Below the pieces are notes generated by a model, which had not been told where the DNA came from, did not search any database, and saw only the letters and a program-made list of their open reading frames with translations. A stretch of 64,000 nucleotides of DNA from Selaginella moellendorffii (lineage: Eukaryota; Plantae; Lycopodiophyta): positions 1,175,679-1,239,678 of the forward strand of contig NW_003314304.1 of assembly GCF_000143415.4 (NCBI RefSeq). The letters are read 5' to 3'. Each line of letters starts with the position of its first letter. The first letter of the stretch is position 1. The translations under genes were made by a program, and so were the position numbers. Shown piece by piece: positions 44,936 through 59,039 of the stretch.

Positions 44936-45720
44936 CAGAACTCCTGACCGATAGAGGAAGAAGAAACTGGTAGTTTAGAGGGATCCTGAAAAGATATAGG
45001 CAATATTTTTCAATGCTCATACCAGTGATGTCTCTCGACGACGAGACAACTACTTCAACATTTGGTGTTCAAGAAGGTGAACTTCATTATAGCCGTTGAC
45101 AGACAAATGAAGGCGTTCAACCCGAATCTCTCAGAAATGACAATTAACGGGAAAGAAGATACAGAAAGAAAACCAGAAAGGAATCATGACTCAAATGAGG
45201 ACTCTATACCCCACATACTCAAGAAACTTCTCAAAGGCAAAAACCAAAAAACAAAACCAAAGTATTCGGAACTGAAACCCGGAGTCTGGTCCACGAAATG
45301 CAAAACCGAAGGTCATGCATCCAATCCAATGAATGCAGATTTCAAGTACCTCGATGCCAAATATGTGACAGAGAAGGTCACACAGTACAAACTTGTTGAC
45401 AGCGATGTATACTGAAGTCCAACAAGTGTCAAATTTCAATCGTCAAGATAATTGGCCTTCATATCTGAATGATCAGCCGAAGTATCCGAATGATAGGAAC
45501 GCATGGAGCTACCGAGGACAACCTCAAAATGATCGAAGAAGGGATGATTATCACAAACCTTATGGCAATCCATATGGCCAACTAAACCAGCAATATACAA
45601 ACCATGGCTATCAAGGCCAACCTTATCAACAAGCACCAAATTACCAACAATATGAGAGGATGATGCAGCCGCAACTACGCAGCTATCAAGACGCTAAAAA
45701 TACAAATCAGAATCGAAAAC
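44936..45720 (+). pseudogene. gag fragment of the 3048-11691 gypsy family
   Basis: Nucleotide-level similarity to 4860-5660 (ELLTDRGRRNW..., YSELKPGV, MYTEVQQVSNF). Confidence 0.88.
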
Positions 45721-47177
45721 TGACTTCTTGTTCTGTTTGCAATCATCATCGTGTTCAAGCTTTATGACTGGGAAGAACTTTTTGAAATCCTTTGCTGGAG
45801 GCAGTTCTTTGATTACACTCTTTGGGCATGTTGGTGGTGGAATTTAAGGAACCTTTGAGTCAATTGGAGGAGGTGAATGAGGCTTGATAGGAGCCTTTGT
45901 CTTAGAAATCCTGTAGTGTTTATGAGTTTGTTTTTATTTTTTTATTTTTTTAATTTATAAATTCTTTGTTTTCTTGGAGTTTTAAACTTGTGTTCTTGCA
46001 GGTGATTACCGACAACGTTGGAGACAATGTTGGAGGCAATGTTGGAGATATAGCCAGAATGGGATTGGATCTTTTTGGCTCATTTAACAAGTCTTCCTGT
46101 GCTAATCTGGTAGTTTCATCAATGTCATCTTTTGGTACTGAGTTTGATTTTGTAGCAATGAATCATACTTGCGTCCGAACATTCGAATGCAACCGGATTC
46201 GAATGGGTATCGAACGTTGAATACCTGTTTAGCTGTTTTCAGTTTTAATATAATTAAAAAAATAGTTTACTGTTACTAAACAAAGTTTAACATAATATAA
46301 TACAGGTTTAATCTAATCTTCATCCTCCGAATCTAGAACATCATCACCACTAGCGCCGTCGTCATCAGGTTGTTGAAGAGGTTCTTCAATAACCTCCTGA
46401 AGTGCAAGGATCCTTTGCCACTGAGGCTCAAGGTTATCAAGATCATGCTCGATAAGCCTCAAACTCCCGGACTCGATCTAATGTAAACTTGCCGGTGTAA
46501 GTATTCGAGCAATACTTACACTTCCATGGACTCACGCCATGGCTTGTCTTGGATGTCGCCCTCAGTTTTAGAACATGAGCCCAGTTCTAGCATGGCTGCC
46601 TTCCTCCCCCCATCCCGGACTTACCTCAGCGCTTCCGGATCCCGCAGACCCTAATTTTACATGAACCCTAATCCTAAGTAAAAGAAAGCATATTCTTTAC
46701 GGTTTTTTTATAAATATTCTTGGTGTTTAAATGCCGTATTATACGTGCATTTTAAAAGGTATTTTTTTATTAATCGTACCTGTTCGAATGCAAGTATGCA
46801 ATGAATTTTCTGCTTTTGATCAGTGCAATGGGAATTCTTATTTGCTTAATCACTGCTTTATTTACCACAAGCTTCTTGGTCATCAAATCAGTGAAAGAGA
46901 TTGAGCTAACTCTGAAGAAGAAGCTCATAATCTCAACACTGCTTATGACTGTTTAAATCAGCATGATCTGCTTTTTGGCTCTTCCGAAAACATTCACTAT
47001 AACTGTAATTGTTCATGAGCCCAAGCTTGTCAAGAACTGGTAAGCCGTCCAGTATTAGCTTCATCAAATCTTGCTTTGATTTTCTACAAGCATATGTTTT
47101 TCTCAGTAGGATCCGGACTCTGGGCTGGACTGATTATTGGATATGTCACAGAATTTTATACCTCAAATGCTTATAAG
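45721..47177 (+). pseudogene. AVP1: Vacuolar H+-translocating pyrophosphatase gene fragment with introns
   Basis: [20 protein letters not shown](GNVG)[26 protein letters not shown]...VKEIE and [20 protein letters not shown]. Shows deletions, stops, short introns and a MITE insertion. Confidence 0.9.
46164..46798. mobile_element. Non-autonomous hAT-type element (635 bp)
   Basis: 17-bp imperfect TIR CATACTTGCGTCCGAAC / GTTCGAATGCAAGTATG and an 8-bp TSD CAATGAAT. Confidence 0.9.
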
Positions 47178-50100
47178 TAATATTTTCTAATGTCTTGTAC
47201 ATCATCATCCCATGTTTTACCTAGTATGGGCCCTTGCCCTTATCATCACCATGATAAGCTCATGAATCTCCAGGCTCACCCCAGTTATTGCAGGCTCCCT
47301 TAGCCACTCTATCCACATCTCATTCCATACATTACCACAAGTTTCTTCCAACTAATCATCCAGCCATTGTCACCGAAAGTTGAACTTTCTATAATATTTG
47401 TCTTGCCCAGTTTTAGATTATCTCAAAATTGAACATTGCCAAGGTGTTCAACCACCTTAGTTGTTTGTTATAGAGCTTCGCTTAGTCAAGGAAAATATTA
47501 TAATGTGACATGGTACGTATATACCTTGTCATTGGGTTAACTGTTATGCTTGTCAAACTCCTGAAAGTTCAAAAGAAGCAAAAAACTAGATGAGAAATTG
47601 CTAAGGCAACTATGACTTAGCACTGTGATGTTTGTGTGATGTCGAAGGCTGCTTAGTGACAAGCTTGGTGGATGAGAAAAAAATTGCACTAGTTGGACTT
47701 ACGGTTGATAATGTTTGAGTGTTGGCAGGGTTAGAATTTAGAGCAATAAACGTGATAGGGTTACTCGCGTAAATCCGAGTCAAATGAAATATAACATCAT
47801 ATTTTCTTCCCATATTAAATCGAAGTCCCGAATGTTGATGTGTCAGGAGTGCTGATGAACCAGGAGAGGTGATGTGTCAACACCATTAAGACCTGAAAAA
47901 AATCATAAATAAAGCAAATATATATCATAGCCTAAAACGTACGTTCCATATAACCTAGGTGGGATGTTCTATGGAAAGTAACAAAAAAAAGTATATGAGC
48001 AAGGAGTTGTTAATGCAAAACTTGAAGCTAGTCTCCTATTTGTACTCAAAGCTCACATAAATTCTAGCTACCCCGAGGTCACACAGTCACTTTGCCTTTA
48101 TTTTTCAATATTACTCGTACTGCTCAGGTACACCAAAGTGCTCAAGGCCCTGACCCCAACACTTAGTATTTTCAGGTTAGCAGTTGTGTTTTCTGGAAAG
48201 TTGAAAAAACTTCACTAGGGAGTTAGATGAATACTTTGTTCCGTTTGCTCAACCTGCCCCTTTTTATATAAGGTAAGATCAAAGTGAGCTGTATAACACT
48301 TAGTATCAGAGCGTTTGTTACAGCGAATCAATTGCATTTCTCTTATGAACAATGACTTTGGAATTTTCGGATTAATTTGGAAAGTGTAACCCGTTGTGCA
48401 GTAGCGTATCTTGGACGTTTAATGAGCAGAGGAAAAGCTCTAGGAGTAACATCAAATTAAAGGATCACAGTTGAGGATGTCAATTGAGAATGAAGATCCA
48501 TACGCTCTGCAAATTTGTTTACGTAGTCTAATAACCCAAGGGACTGCTGAAGAGCTTGCAACTCTACTTGTAGGTGTAATCCCAACCAATGCTTGAGCTT
48601 CATCAATGCAACTGACTAACATATTCTTGTGTGGAAGATTTTGTACGCTGGTTACCATCACGCCTTTTTGTGCACTTGCAGTTAGGTTGACAGCTTAAGG
48701 AAAACTTGATTTTCATTGGAGTTTATGTAGATCTTTCTGAGTTTTCAGGTAAGTGCAAGATGCTTTTTTGATATGTTCACCAAAAAATAACCAGGGCGTT
48801 TAGGGCAGCACCGGTTTTGTCGGCCAGGAATCAAGATGCAGGAATTGAGTAGCGCTTTATATGGACGCGGGCAGACAAGCAGCAGCCACCCGCGGCAGCG
48901 AGATGACCTCTGTTCTCCTCTAAACAAACTTGAAAATTGTATTCTTTAATCTTGACCGTTCATCATTCATCAATTGATCATAAACTCGTCATCTTTGAAA
49001 ATCTGCATCTTAGCTCCAAACCACCTGTTCTTTAGCTTGATTAGAAGTTTTTGAATTGGTCTTTAATTTATTTGTTAGAGATATTGTTCAGTTTTTGATC
49101 ATGTGCTCACCATTCCTTCTGAACTCTGTGTCAATCCGTAAAGTTGATTGGAAATTTAATAACTTATATTTGAACTGTGATTGCTTTAATGTTGAGCTCA
49201 TCTGAAAGATCTTCATCTTAGTTTTTTGCTGTATACTCTTGCACTCCAGTTTGACATTCCAGCCATGAGTTATGACTTATGCACCATTAAGTCATTTATT
49301 TGACTTCGAACAACATGTTTTCTGGCTGTTTTTGATGTCTTTGCAATTTGCACCACCAAAATCCTCTCAACATTAAAGAGCAACATGAATCTGTCAATGA
49401 AATCCGTATACATTTAGATCAATCAAATCACTTTGGAATCTTCCAAGAGATAAATTGGGATGTAGAAGAAATCACTAACTCTCTCCAATTCCATGATCTG
49501 TGTGTAGACGAAATCTCTAATCAGTTAGATTGTGCACTCATATTCCAATTAGCCAACAGGGTAATGGTATATTTAATTCTTTAGGAATATTGTTTTTCAT
49601 TGCATTGTGGATGTCAAGATGCATTGATTTCCTCAAGGGATATTGAAGATCATCACCTTTTTGATACAGGAACAGGGTATGGTTATTAATATTTATGATT
49701 TTCATCATTCTTGATCCGACTAGTGAAAACTGATAGCTGTTGTTTCAAGTGTGGTTATTAAATACTAGATAATCTGTGAGTGTGATAGCAGTAGCTCCAT
49801 CTAATTAATTGACCATTTTCTCCAGTAATCGTATTCTGTTCTTACTCGAGTAAATGAGTTCAGCAAAGATCAATTTATTTAATATTAATGACATCTAAAA
49901 TGTTAAATGGCAAAAATGGTTTAACAGATTTACCAAAGGAATCTAAAATGTAAAAACACCTAAACAAAAAAAGAACTTTGCCCAGCATTTCTTTGTCAGA
50001 GTTTAGAATAGAATATTCATGAAATATTTTAAAATATTCTGTCTCTGAAAACTCATGTTTAGGGCAAAAAATTTCAAAATCTTAAAAAGAGAATGCTGTA

Positions 50101-52416
50101 ATACATTCCTTCCTCCAGAATGGTGCAAACTTTTACACCAGTTGTGCTGGAAGAAAAATCCTGCCACTTGAATGGTGCGGGTTTTGTTTATTAGTTTTTT
50201 TAAAGTATAATTTTTGAAAAGGGACATCCCTACAAAAAAACACAAATAGAATATTCATATGGATATTCTTAAGCTCGTTGACCTGCACTTAAATTTCTTC
50301 TACTGTTTTATGAGGATTTTTGAATTAGTATGATGATCGCTAGATCATGGCTCTACTCTCTCAAACAATATTAATAAATCTTCATCAATTGGAATCACTC
50401 TCATTGAATAATTTGAAAAGAAAAATCATTCAAGCATTAGATCAAAACAAGCAAGAATCACTTTGATTTACTATCGAGAGAAGATGAAGATGAAGAAATA
50501 AGATACAGATTGTTATTAAATTCCCAGGTGAGAAATGCCTGTTATCTAACACCATAGATAAGAAAATAAGTTAGAACAAGTTCCTTTGTTGAAAACTGGG
50601 TGTCGAAGATATTTTTCCCCTTATTATTGCTGTCAATGGTTTCACTTCACTTAGTCAAGCTCCTCTGAAACAGAAGCTTAGTGTACCTTAGTTGCACGAA
50701 GACGATTTGCGTTATTAGTCTCCCCCTTTCCGATTCAAACAGGGCAAAAGATCTTTGTGGACATAAGATGAGTGCTTGTGTTTAGGAGATTTAGGCATTC
50801 AGCAGCAACCAGAACGAGGCCCTTTATCATACCTGCTACTTCCAAAACCTTATGCACCATATCCCTTCCTCCTCACCTTTGCTCTCGTGGGGTTGTTTCT
50901 ATCAAATCGTTTTCTTTGTAGTTGTCCTTATATATCATTGTTATGAATGTTTCAAATTTGCACACTATGTCTCACAAATGTTTTTAAATTAATATATTCT
51001 GAAAAGGTAACGTGTCCACCTCAGGAGATTATTTAATTGGGTTGGGATGCTGAAGTGTCCAGTAGTTATGACAACGTGTTTAGGGGGCTCAAGAGGCATC
51101 ATCTTTTCAGCATTTAATGTTTCTCAGGCATATGACATGATCATTTGGCTGACTGGATTTTCTTCTCACTTAATTGGCAAAAATACTGGAGTATACTCCT
51201 GAATTTGCAAGGAAACAAAAACCTATTACAAAACACCACTCAAGTTTTCAAGGGAAACTATATTAAAAGCCTTGAAGTTAAAATTTACCCCTTTGGGTAA
51301 GGGACATTTTAGCTTTTATGTATTTCTATACCTCCCCACATGGAAAATGCGGCCCTATACGAACTAAGAATTATAATTTACTCAGATTTGCTATATTTTA
51401 ATATTAAGAACAACCAAAAATTATAACTTTTTGTTGGGATTTTTAGTAGAATTGTTATCTAAATTCTTAAAATCTTATTATTATACATCACAATGATCTC
51501 TTTTGCTTGGGAGCGAACTTGCGAAAATGCTCATCGTCTCCGTTCTGGCGAAGTTTCTGAGCAAGAACTTCAGAAACCTCTGAATCGTTAGCCTTGGAAG
51601 CATCTTCATTCCGAGCCATGATTGAATCGTTGAGGCTCGCCACCTCTTTCGGGCCTCTTCTAGCAACCGCCTCTTGCAATCCTTCAGATCATGGCAGAGT
51701 TATTAGCCTCACTGGACGAGGTGTCGCTTGGCAAGAGTGGTGATGCCCGAATTCTGCAGCCTCAAAGTTTTCGGAGCAGCATTTTTTAATTCATCGGCTC
51801 TCTGCTCTCCGACTCTAGTGTCGAGGCCCCCTCGTTCACATCGGCGTGTGCATCAGAGAAGCCGCTCGCAACATTCTGGGACCTTTTGGTTTCCTCATCT
51901 TCTGATGCGCTCTTGCTCTTGCCGGCTAGAATAACTTCATTCGTCGTTTGCACCTTTTCACAGGGGTTCAAGAGAAGTGTTTTTCTTGGTTTTTGCCAAA
52001 TGAAGGAACGAACTGCGCCTGTGGGCAAGTGAAACCAGAGTTTGTAAGTTAATTGGCACCAATCCATTAGCAAGTCTTGTCCATGGGAAGCCTGTCTTGC
52101 TTCTTGCGGGTTATGTTGCTTCTTTTGCAAAAGCCCTGATGCAAAGCGCACTAGCGTTTTCTTTCAATCTCAACACAGTGATCTACATACTGGTCAAGAG
52201 CCTGCGCAGCCAAAACTCTGTCAATGTCAACCTATTGATCACAATTTAAGCAATCACACCTGATGTGAATGCCAAAATTGTGATATCCAACATATTAAAA
52301 AGGAAAACCAAATGGGAACAACACACACCCCAAAAGTAAGTTTGTGAGCTCGATAATATTTTAATATGTACCCGTTCAATTTAGAAGTTTTAGGGTTCTT
52401 AGGGCTGTTGGTCGCG

Positions 52417-54051
52417 ATGGGGAAGCGCAAGAGCGTGAGGTGAGTTTGCTATGCGCCGCAACTTGTTTCCGATGCTCTGCTCTTCAGGAATTGTCTGCGA
52501 AGTGCGGTAGGGCTGGATCGGACGGACTGGGACTTGGAACAGGTTAGCGAGGATGAGATCTCGGCGATGAAAGGGGCGACGCTCAAAGAAATTCTCAGCG
52601 CGCTGGGGCTGCCAAAATCTGGCAGCGGGCACGAGCTCCGGGCACGAGTTCTGGAAGCAAAACGAGCTTCTGCTACAAACGTGCAGGTGGGCGCGACGAA
52701 ATCTGTTGTGCTGGAGTCTGCTGTTGTGTCGAATGTCCCTTCTATTGCACCGAAGCAGTCGGATTCTACCAGCTTGGCAGCGACGAAGAAAAAGAAGAAG
52801 TGGGCTGTGACCGATCCGTTAGAGATTCCGCCAAACTGTTACCACAAAGACGTGTTCCAGGCGTGCTTTCCACTCGTGGAGATTGTCGAGGTTCCCAAAG
52901 GCCGGGAGTTTCCAGTGGCAGTGAACAAGTTTAGTGAACCAGTGCTAGACACAGAGGTGACCAGGGAAGCAAGAAGGATGTGGACGAGGAGATTCCTGAG
53001 CGTCAGTGATGCATACTCTGAGCCCCTCAACGAAAACCAGGCGTTCCCGCTGCACTTTTCGTTTCTGGAGCCTCTGAAAAAATTCACGAGGCTGTCCCAG
53101 GCAGAGTTTACCAAGCACGTCCGTGTGTGTGGGAAGCGGTCACGGGATCACGGGACATCGGGCATGCCGTCCAAGAGAGGCAAAGTTGATGTAGAGGACA
53201 ACGCCAGCTTATCCATCCAGATGACGGTCGACCCTGTAAACGAGCTCAATGAAAGTGGCTCCAACAACGCAGGCATGGAGATCACGCCAGAAGGGTCAGC
53301 AGAGATGACTGGCGACTTGAGGGAAGAGGCGAATGTAGCAACCGGATTCGCAGATGGTCTGATACATGTATGCGATGAGCGAGCATTTGAGCGAGTCAAG
53401 AAAATGGTGGCGACGGAAGAGAAAAGCGTGGAGGAGCTGTCATCTATGGATCCCGACCGCATTGTGGCGGTTCTCGAGAGGAAGTTTGTTGAAGACAAGC
53501 ACAAGTTCAATGCGAGATACCAAGGTGGGTTTTACGCGGCCAAGCACTTACTGGTGAACCTGAAAAACGGACACGGGCTGCCTGTGTACGTGCTGGTGAT
53601 GACTTCTCACACTTGGTCTTACGGGATTCTGGTGGCTGAGGGATACGTGACTGTGGGAAGTGATGGTAGAGTCACCAAGGAGTCGATGAAGCTGTTCAAG
53701 GAGCACCAGGCCGTGACTGGGAAATGTTGGCACAGCTTTGACAACCTGCAGTCGATGCTGGCCAAGGGAACTGAGTTCTACAGGCGGTGCTATGCTGAGA
53801 AGCCGGATGCGATCTACCCCCGAGGAGTGATGCTGGTGGGAAAGTTCTACTTGTGCTCGGAGTGGTATCGGCTGCCCAGCGTCACGCACTCGGGCACTGT
53901 TGCTGACGATTCATTGCGCTTGTTTGATGGCCTGATGAGGCTTGTGTTGGGTGACGTGGTGCTCGGACTGACAGCAGAAGATTTGGCTGAGCGGCGGCGT
54001 GTGAGAAAGCAAATGCTTGATGAAAAAGAAAAGGTATGCATGCCTTACTAG
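52417..54051 (+). CDS. SAP-domain + PD-(D/E)xK restriction-endonuclease-like protein (Crinkler-REase-like); spliced
   Basis: Exon 1 (52417-52439) and a 48-bp GT-AG intron (52440-52487) splice into the 52534-54051 frame. SAP motif LKEILSALGLPKSGSGHELRARV; nuclease-like GFADGLI...VLERK...YQGGFY...VYVLVMTSHTW. A possible further donor lies at 54033. Confidence 0.65.
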
Positions 54052-54886
54052 CATTTTAAAAGCCTTGTAATCTTGTAGTCGACTGTCTTGAGTGGTGTCC
54101 TCGGTTGGGCAAGCATTTGATCCCTAATACAGCCAGCACTTAGCAAGAAATAGAAAGCTCCTCAACGATGTATTTGGGATCCGTGTGCTGATTCAAGATG
54201 CAAAAAGTTTAATATACCCGACCCTCGTAATTTTTGAAGTTATTATATTGGCCCTGGTCAAATATAGGGCTTAAACAGAATAAACACATGGTTAACACAT
54301 TAAGCCCTAAACACCAGCCAAATTCTCTCTCCTCGCACGCTCTATCCCCAGATTGTGACTGGGAACATTTGAAACAGCTGAATAACCTGCATTTTGCTTA
54401 CAATCTGTGAAAAAAACAATATGAACTCATTCTTATTATCAGGGTCGAACGCACAATACATATATTTCTTGTATATATTGCAAGAGTGAGTGTGAGAGAG
54501 GGTTGAGGTTAGACTCTCAACAAGGCCATCTGAGGCCCTCACTGCAGCTTTTGGACGTGTTTTCATGGGAGCTATGAAGCAAAATGGGGAGCATCCTCAC
54601 AAAGTTTGTGATAACGAGCAGCTCTTTCTTTAGACCTCGACCACATCCAGGAGTTTCTCCAGGGTCTTCCCCACACTAGAGGCCGCAATCTTCAGCTTCA
54701 AGCTGCCAACCAGCACCTTGGAGCCCTACATTTTTTCACTCGCCATCAACATTTTGATCTCAAGCAGGACTGCTCGGTTCTCAGCACTGACTCTTCTGAT
54801 CAAGCCAGGATCCAGCTGCTCATCATCCACGAGCTCGCAGCTGCGTGCACTGAAATTGACACTTCTGCCAGTGACCTTTTCCTCGC

Positions 54887-56306
54887 TGTTAAATGCCTAC
54901 TTAAGCTAACAGGCTGGTTAATTTTAACTGTGGTTTATGTGGTTTTGACCTAGCAAGTTAAAAGGCCTTAACATGGTAAAAGGTGTCACGTAGGAAAAGG
55001 TCATCAGTTATAAAAGGAATATTGAATAGGGTTCTGGGAGGAAAGACAACAAAAGAGTTTTTCAGTGGAGAGCAAGAAGAGAGACAGCTCCAGGGTGAGT
55101 TCTTGATTGAGCTCTACGATCCGGTGGTGGAGTTGATCTTTATGCTTGTCTTTGATCATTTAATTTAACATTGTGGTTATCTTCATCGAGGGGCCTTACA
55201 GGGTTAGAACAGGAAATGATGAATCTCCTGGACATAATAATCTTGTGGTGGTTCCCAGGGATATAGTTGAAACATTGAGGAAGGAATGTTATCTCAGTTT
55301 ATTCTTGGTTGACCAACTTTTGACGGTTCATAACTCCTGTATCCAGTATCTGTTGATTCTTGTTGAGGTGTCAATGGATTGTTCATGACAAGAGCTATAC
55401 TTTTGATCAAAGACATGGAATTAATTTTGAATTGGTTCACGAGATATAACTCTTGGAAGCACAGTCATCCTGGAATTTGCAAGGACATGACGTGATGGAT
55501 TATTCCTGGAGACATACATATTCCTGGATTGCAATGTGGGATTTACTAAGGCTTGGATGTTTTATAGACATTTTGTAACAGGTCATTTCTGGGGACACAC
55601 TTATTTATGTTAAATAATATAAATTGAAAATGCCCTTGGTTACTCCCTCAATCATTTTAGTTTTGTGTTAGAATTTTAGCGGAGCTTCTATACCAACCTG
55701 AAAAATCAACATTTCATTTGATCGATATTTATCATGGATCGGATTATTTACTGAGTTGAAGCTGATTTGACCATGTCTCCTAGTGAATCATACCCAGTTC
55801 GATGAAGGTCACTCCTTGAGAAATGGATGTGGTATGTGCAAATTCTTATAGTATGACTCCTGCCAAGAAAAAATATTTGTGCAGAATGATGATATGGCAG
55901 CATGTGTGGCATCACATGGATTAGAGTCCCGACTATGTTGGAGGATGTGCAGTACCGGAGGTTAAGGATGGGATGATGATTTGGTCAATGACTCGATTGA
56001 TGTGCTGAACATGCTTGAGGACAAGGATTCCCTTATTAGGGGAAGGAACTGTTAGGCACTTGCTTAAGCTAATAGGCTGGTTAACCCTAACTGTGGTTTA
56101 TGTGGTTTGAGGCCTTAACCTGCCATGTAGGAAAAGGCCATCAAAAGGATAACAAGAAGAGTTTTTCAGTGGAGAGCAGGAAGATAGACAGTTCTCTACG
56201 AGTGACAGAGTTGGTCTCTGTGCTTGTCTTTGACTGTTTGGTTTAGTGGGATAATCTTGTGATCACGGTTCCCAGGACCTGGATTCTAGGGGATGATGCT
56301 GTGACA
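54887..56306 (+). mobile_element. Old LTR retrotransposon remnant (two diverged LTR-like repeats, PPT)
   Basis: 54901-55160 is similar to 56064-56240. TTGAGGACAAG...AGGGGAAGGAAC precedes TGTTAG at 56050. No TSD found. Confidence 0.55.
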
Positions 56307-56329
56307 GGTTCCAAAATATAACTGAATAG

Positions 56330-57655
56330 AGACGCCAATCTACTTCAGTGGCAGAAAAATCCCGAACTTGAAGTCATCACATCACCAAACATGCCTGAGC
56401 ATGATCTCTAAAACGTGAACATTCACTTCCATAAATACAGCATATCTCACAGAATCTTTCTGGCATGAAATCTATCGATGGTTCCAGATGGCAAGAAAAG
56501 CAGTTCTACGTCAACAGAAAAGCAAGAGGATAAGAGTGAATTAAATTCATGAGAAACGGACATTCTAGATTCACAAATATTATTCCTGGATCTTTCCTTT
56601 CATCAACATAATCCAAAGAGTTTTCTAAATTCATAGTTTGGGGTGAATTAAAATAGTATTTTGGATTAGATGCTTACGAATAATACCAACAAAGAATTAG
56701 CATTGAACTCCTCAGTTCAATTCACATTAAACATTCCTAATGAGATTCACAATATCTTCTCTGGTGATTTAATCAAAATGCTACGAAAGTATTCTATTAC
56801 ATGGAGATACAGGGTTTTCAAAAGATATGAGCTAGTACTAACAAGCAAATATTGATTATGAAAAAACCGAACAATGGAAATGGAGAGGAAGGTGGAAACA
56901 AAATTTCAGTTCTTACAAAAGAGATATGAAATTCGTGGTATCTAAAGAATATATTACTCAAAATTTGCCAATACCTCCACATACATGGATGACACTTCAG
57001 TGATTTACGCTCCATCATTCAACAAGCAACCGGAAACAGAAGAAATCATTTTGTGGCTTTATCCATTATCAGTACTTGATCTCACGAATGAAACCAAAGT
57101 AAACGAAAATGGATGCATTACACTAATGTTTCTGCAAGCAAAAAGTACAATGCTGAGACAAAAAATTTTGGATAAGAAAATATGATAACAGACAAAAGTT
57201 TCCATTTGAGGTGATTAAATATCTAGTTCTGGCATCAAACAGGCCAATTAAAACATCATATCAGGTGATTAGCTCTCAATTTTCCTTGATATTATATGTC
57301 TGAAATAATAATGAGGATATAATCAGTCATATTCAGAAAATTATAGAAGAACGGCTTCAATTACGCTAATCTCAAGTGAACATTGGAAACATAATCATTA
57401 GACAGAGCTAAGACGGACATGAATACTATCCAAGAATTTTTAGGTAATCAAAATAAGAAACATTTTTTCACAATACATCTACTATGTCATTACAGAATTG
57501 ATTAAATTCGACGAAAAAAAGGAACATGAATACAGAATCACCTATGTGGGACAGAGGTGGGTGACAGAAGGAAATCAACGTGAAAATTCAGAAAAGGCCT
57601 AGAAGGGTATTTAGCAGAATAAATCATAAAAAAAATAAAATAAAAAAATAAAGGA
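56330..57655 (+). mobile_element. Possible highly degraded LINE 3' end
   Basis: Trp-rich remnants (ESFWHEIYRWF, PETEEIILW) and an A-rich tail at 57620-57655. Confidence 0.3.
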
Positions 57656-58131
57656 AGTAATATGTGTTTATAACAAAAATTAAGGGATGAGAATTAAAAT
57701 TAATAAGTATATTGACGGAATCTATCTAGGGCTTCTGGAAAGAGCGACAAGGCATCATAAGCGACCAACAACAAGGAAAGTGGAGCCAGGCTTAGCTGGG
57801 AATGTTTGTGTTGAATGCTTCAGCTGACTTAGAAGCCAGTGGTGCTTCCTCTTTTTTTCCTGTTAACTTCACACAATTTCACACTGTTTCAGGTAGTGAA
57901 GAGAAAATTTACCCCGCAACATCTACTGAGGCAACATAGTCGCAAATGTTCCGAAGAGGTTCGTTGCATGGTTTTTTATAACTTTAGTTGCAAAAGTCTC
58001 ATGCATCAAGTATGTTATTTGGAGCTCCTCTTGCTAGCACTGCAGCTGCAGCAAGTCCTCAGCAAGCAGCAGACATGCTGGAAAATCCAGGAAAAGGCTC
58101 TCAAGGTAATTTGGTTACACATTCGAAAGTA

Positions 58132-58231
58132 NNNNNNNNNNNNNNNNNNNNNNNNNNNNNNNNNNNNNNNNNNNNNNNNNNNNNNNNNNNNNNNNNNNNN
58201 NNNNNNNNNNNNNNNNNNNNNNNNNNNNNNN
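58132..58231. other. Assembly gap (100 N)
   Basis: Run of N. Confidence 1.
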
Positions 58232-59039
58232 ATTTGATTGTTTGCATATCCATCTTGTATATACAGAAAGAAAATTTGACTGAAGGAGTAAGACCTAAAG
58301 AAGGCAAGTTTCATACTTGCTCTGTTTATGATGTGTTGAACTTGTTGGATAGGATACAATTGTGGTTACACCGGGGGGACAACTAACGCTCTGAAGTGGC
58401 TACTCTCGCGGACTTAAAAAAGGGTTAATTTTTATTATGTTTTTGGTCTCTTATTTTAATTATTCTGTTTTGCAGCCCCAGGTTGAACGTAGCACTAGTA
58501 GCGAGGGTAGTAACAGTACTGATGATAAGAGAGACAACAGTAAATTTTGACAAGGCCACCATGCAAATCCTTTTGAGTTTGTTTTTTTTTCATGCTGTAG
58601 ATTTTATCTCTGAACTCATGTAAATCTGATTCATCCGGGCAACTGGATTAGTAATGCTTTCCAATTATAGTCAAACAAATTTTTTATGTTTTTAATCATC
58701 CACAACTTAATTCTATACTTTGTTAACTATTATCTAATACACATCACAACTCAATCCTAAACTTCATTAACTAATAAACATCCTAAACAGCTGGTATTTT
58801 AAAGACATCCCAAAACTCAATTACAGACTACAACTCATAACTTATTTTATATACTTAGTTCAAAATATAGTAATATGGACGCATTCTCCCATTTACCGAG
58901 GTAGTTTTTTAGCTCCAGTAATCTGCATTAAAAAACTTACATCTTGAAATGGGTATAAAGTGGCAGAGAAGAGGTAAAGGCTGTTAAACCCTTACTGTTA
59001 TACTGGTCGGATTGTTCTTGCTCTTCAGCACCGATGGGA

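Noticed and set aside
48290-49600. Degenerate iMet PBS (TAGTATCAGAGC) and possible gag remnants
   Set aside because: No second LTR, TSD or readable domain to support a call.
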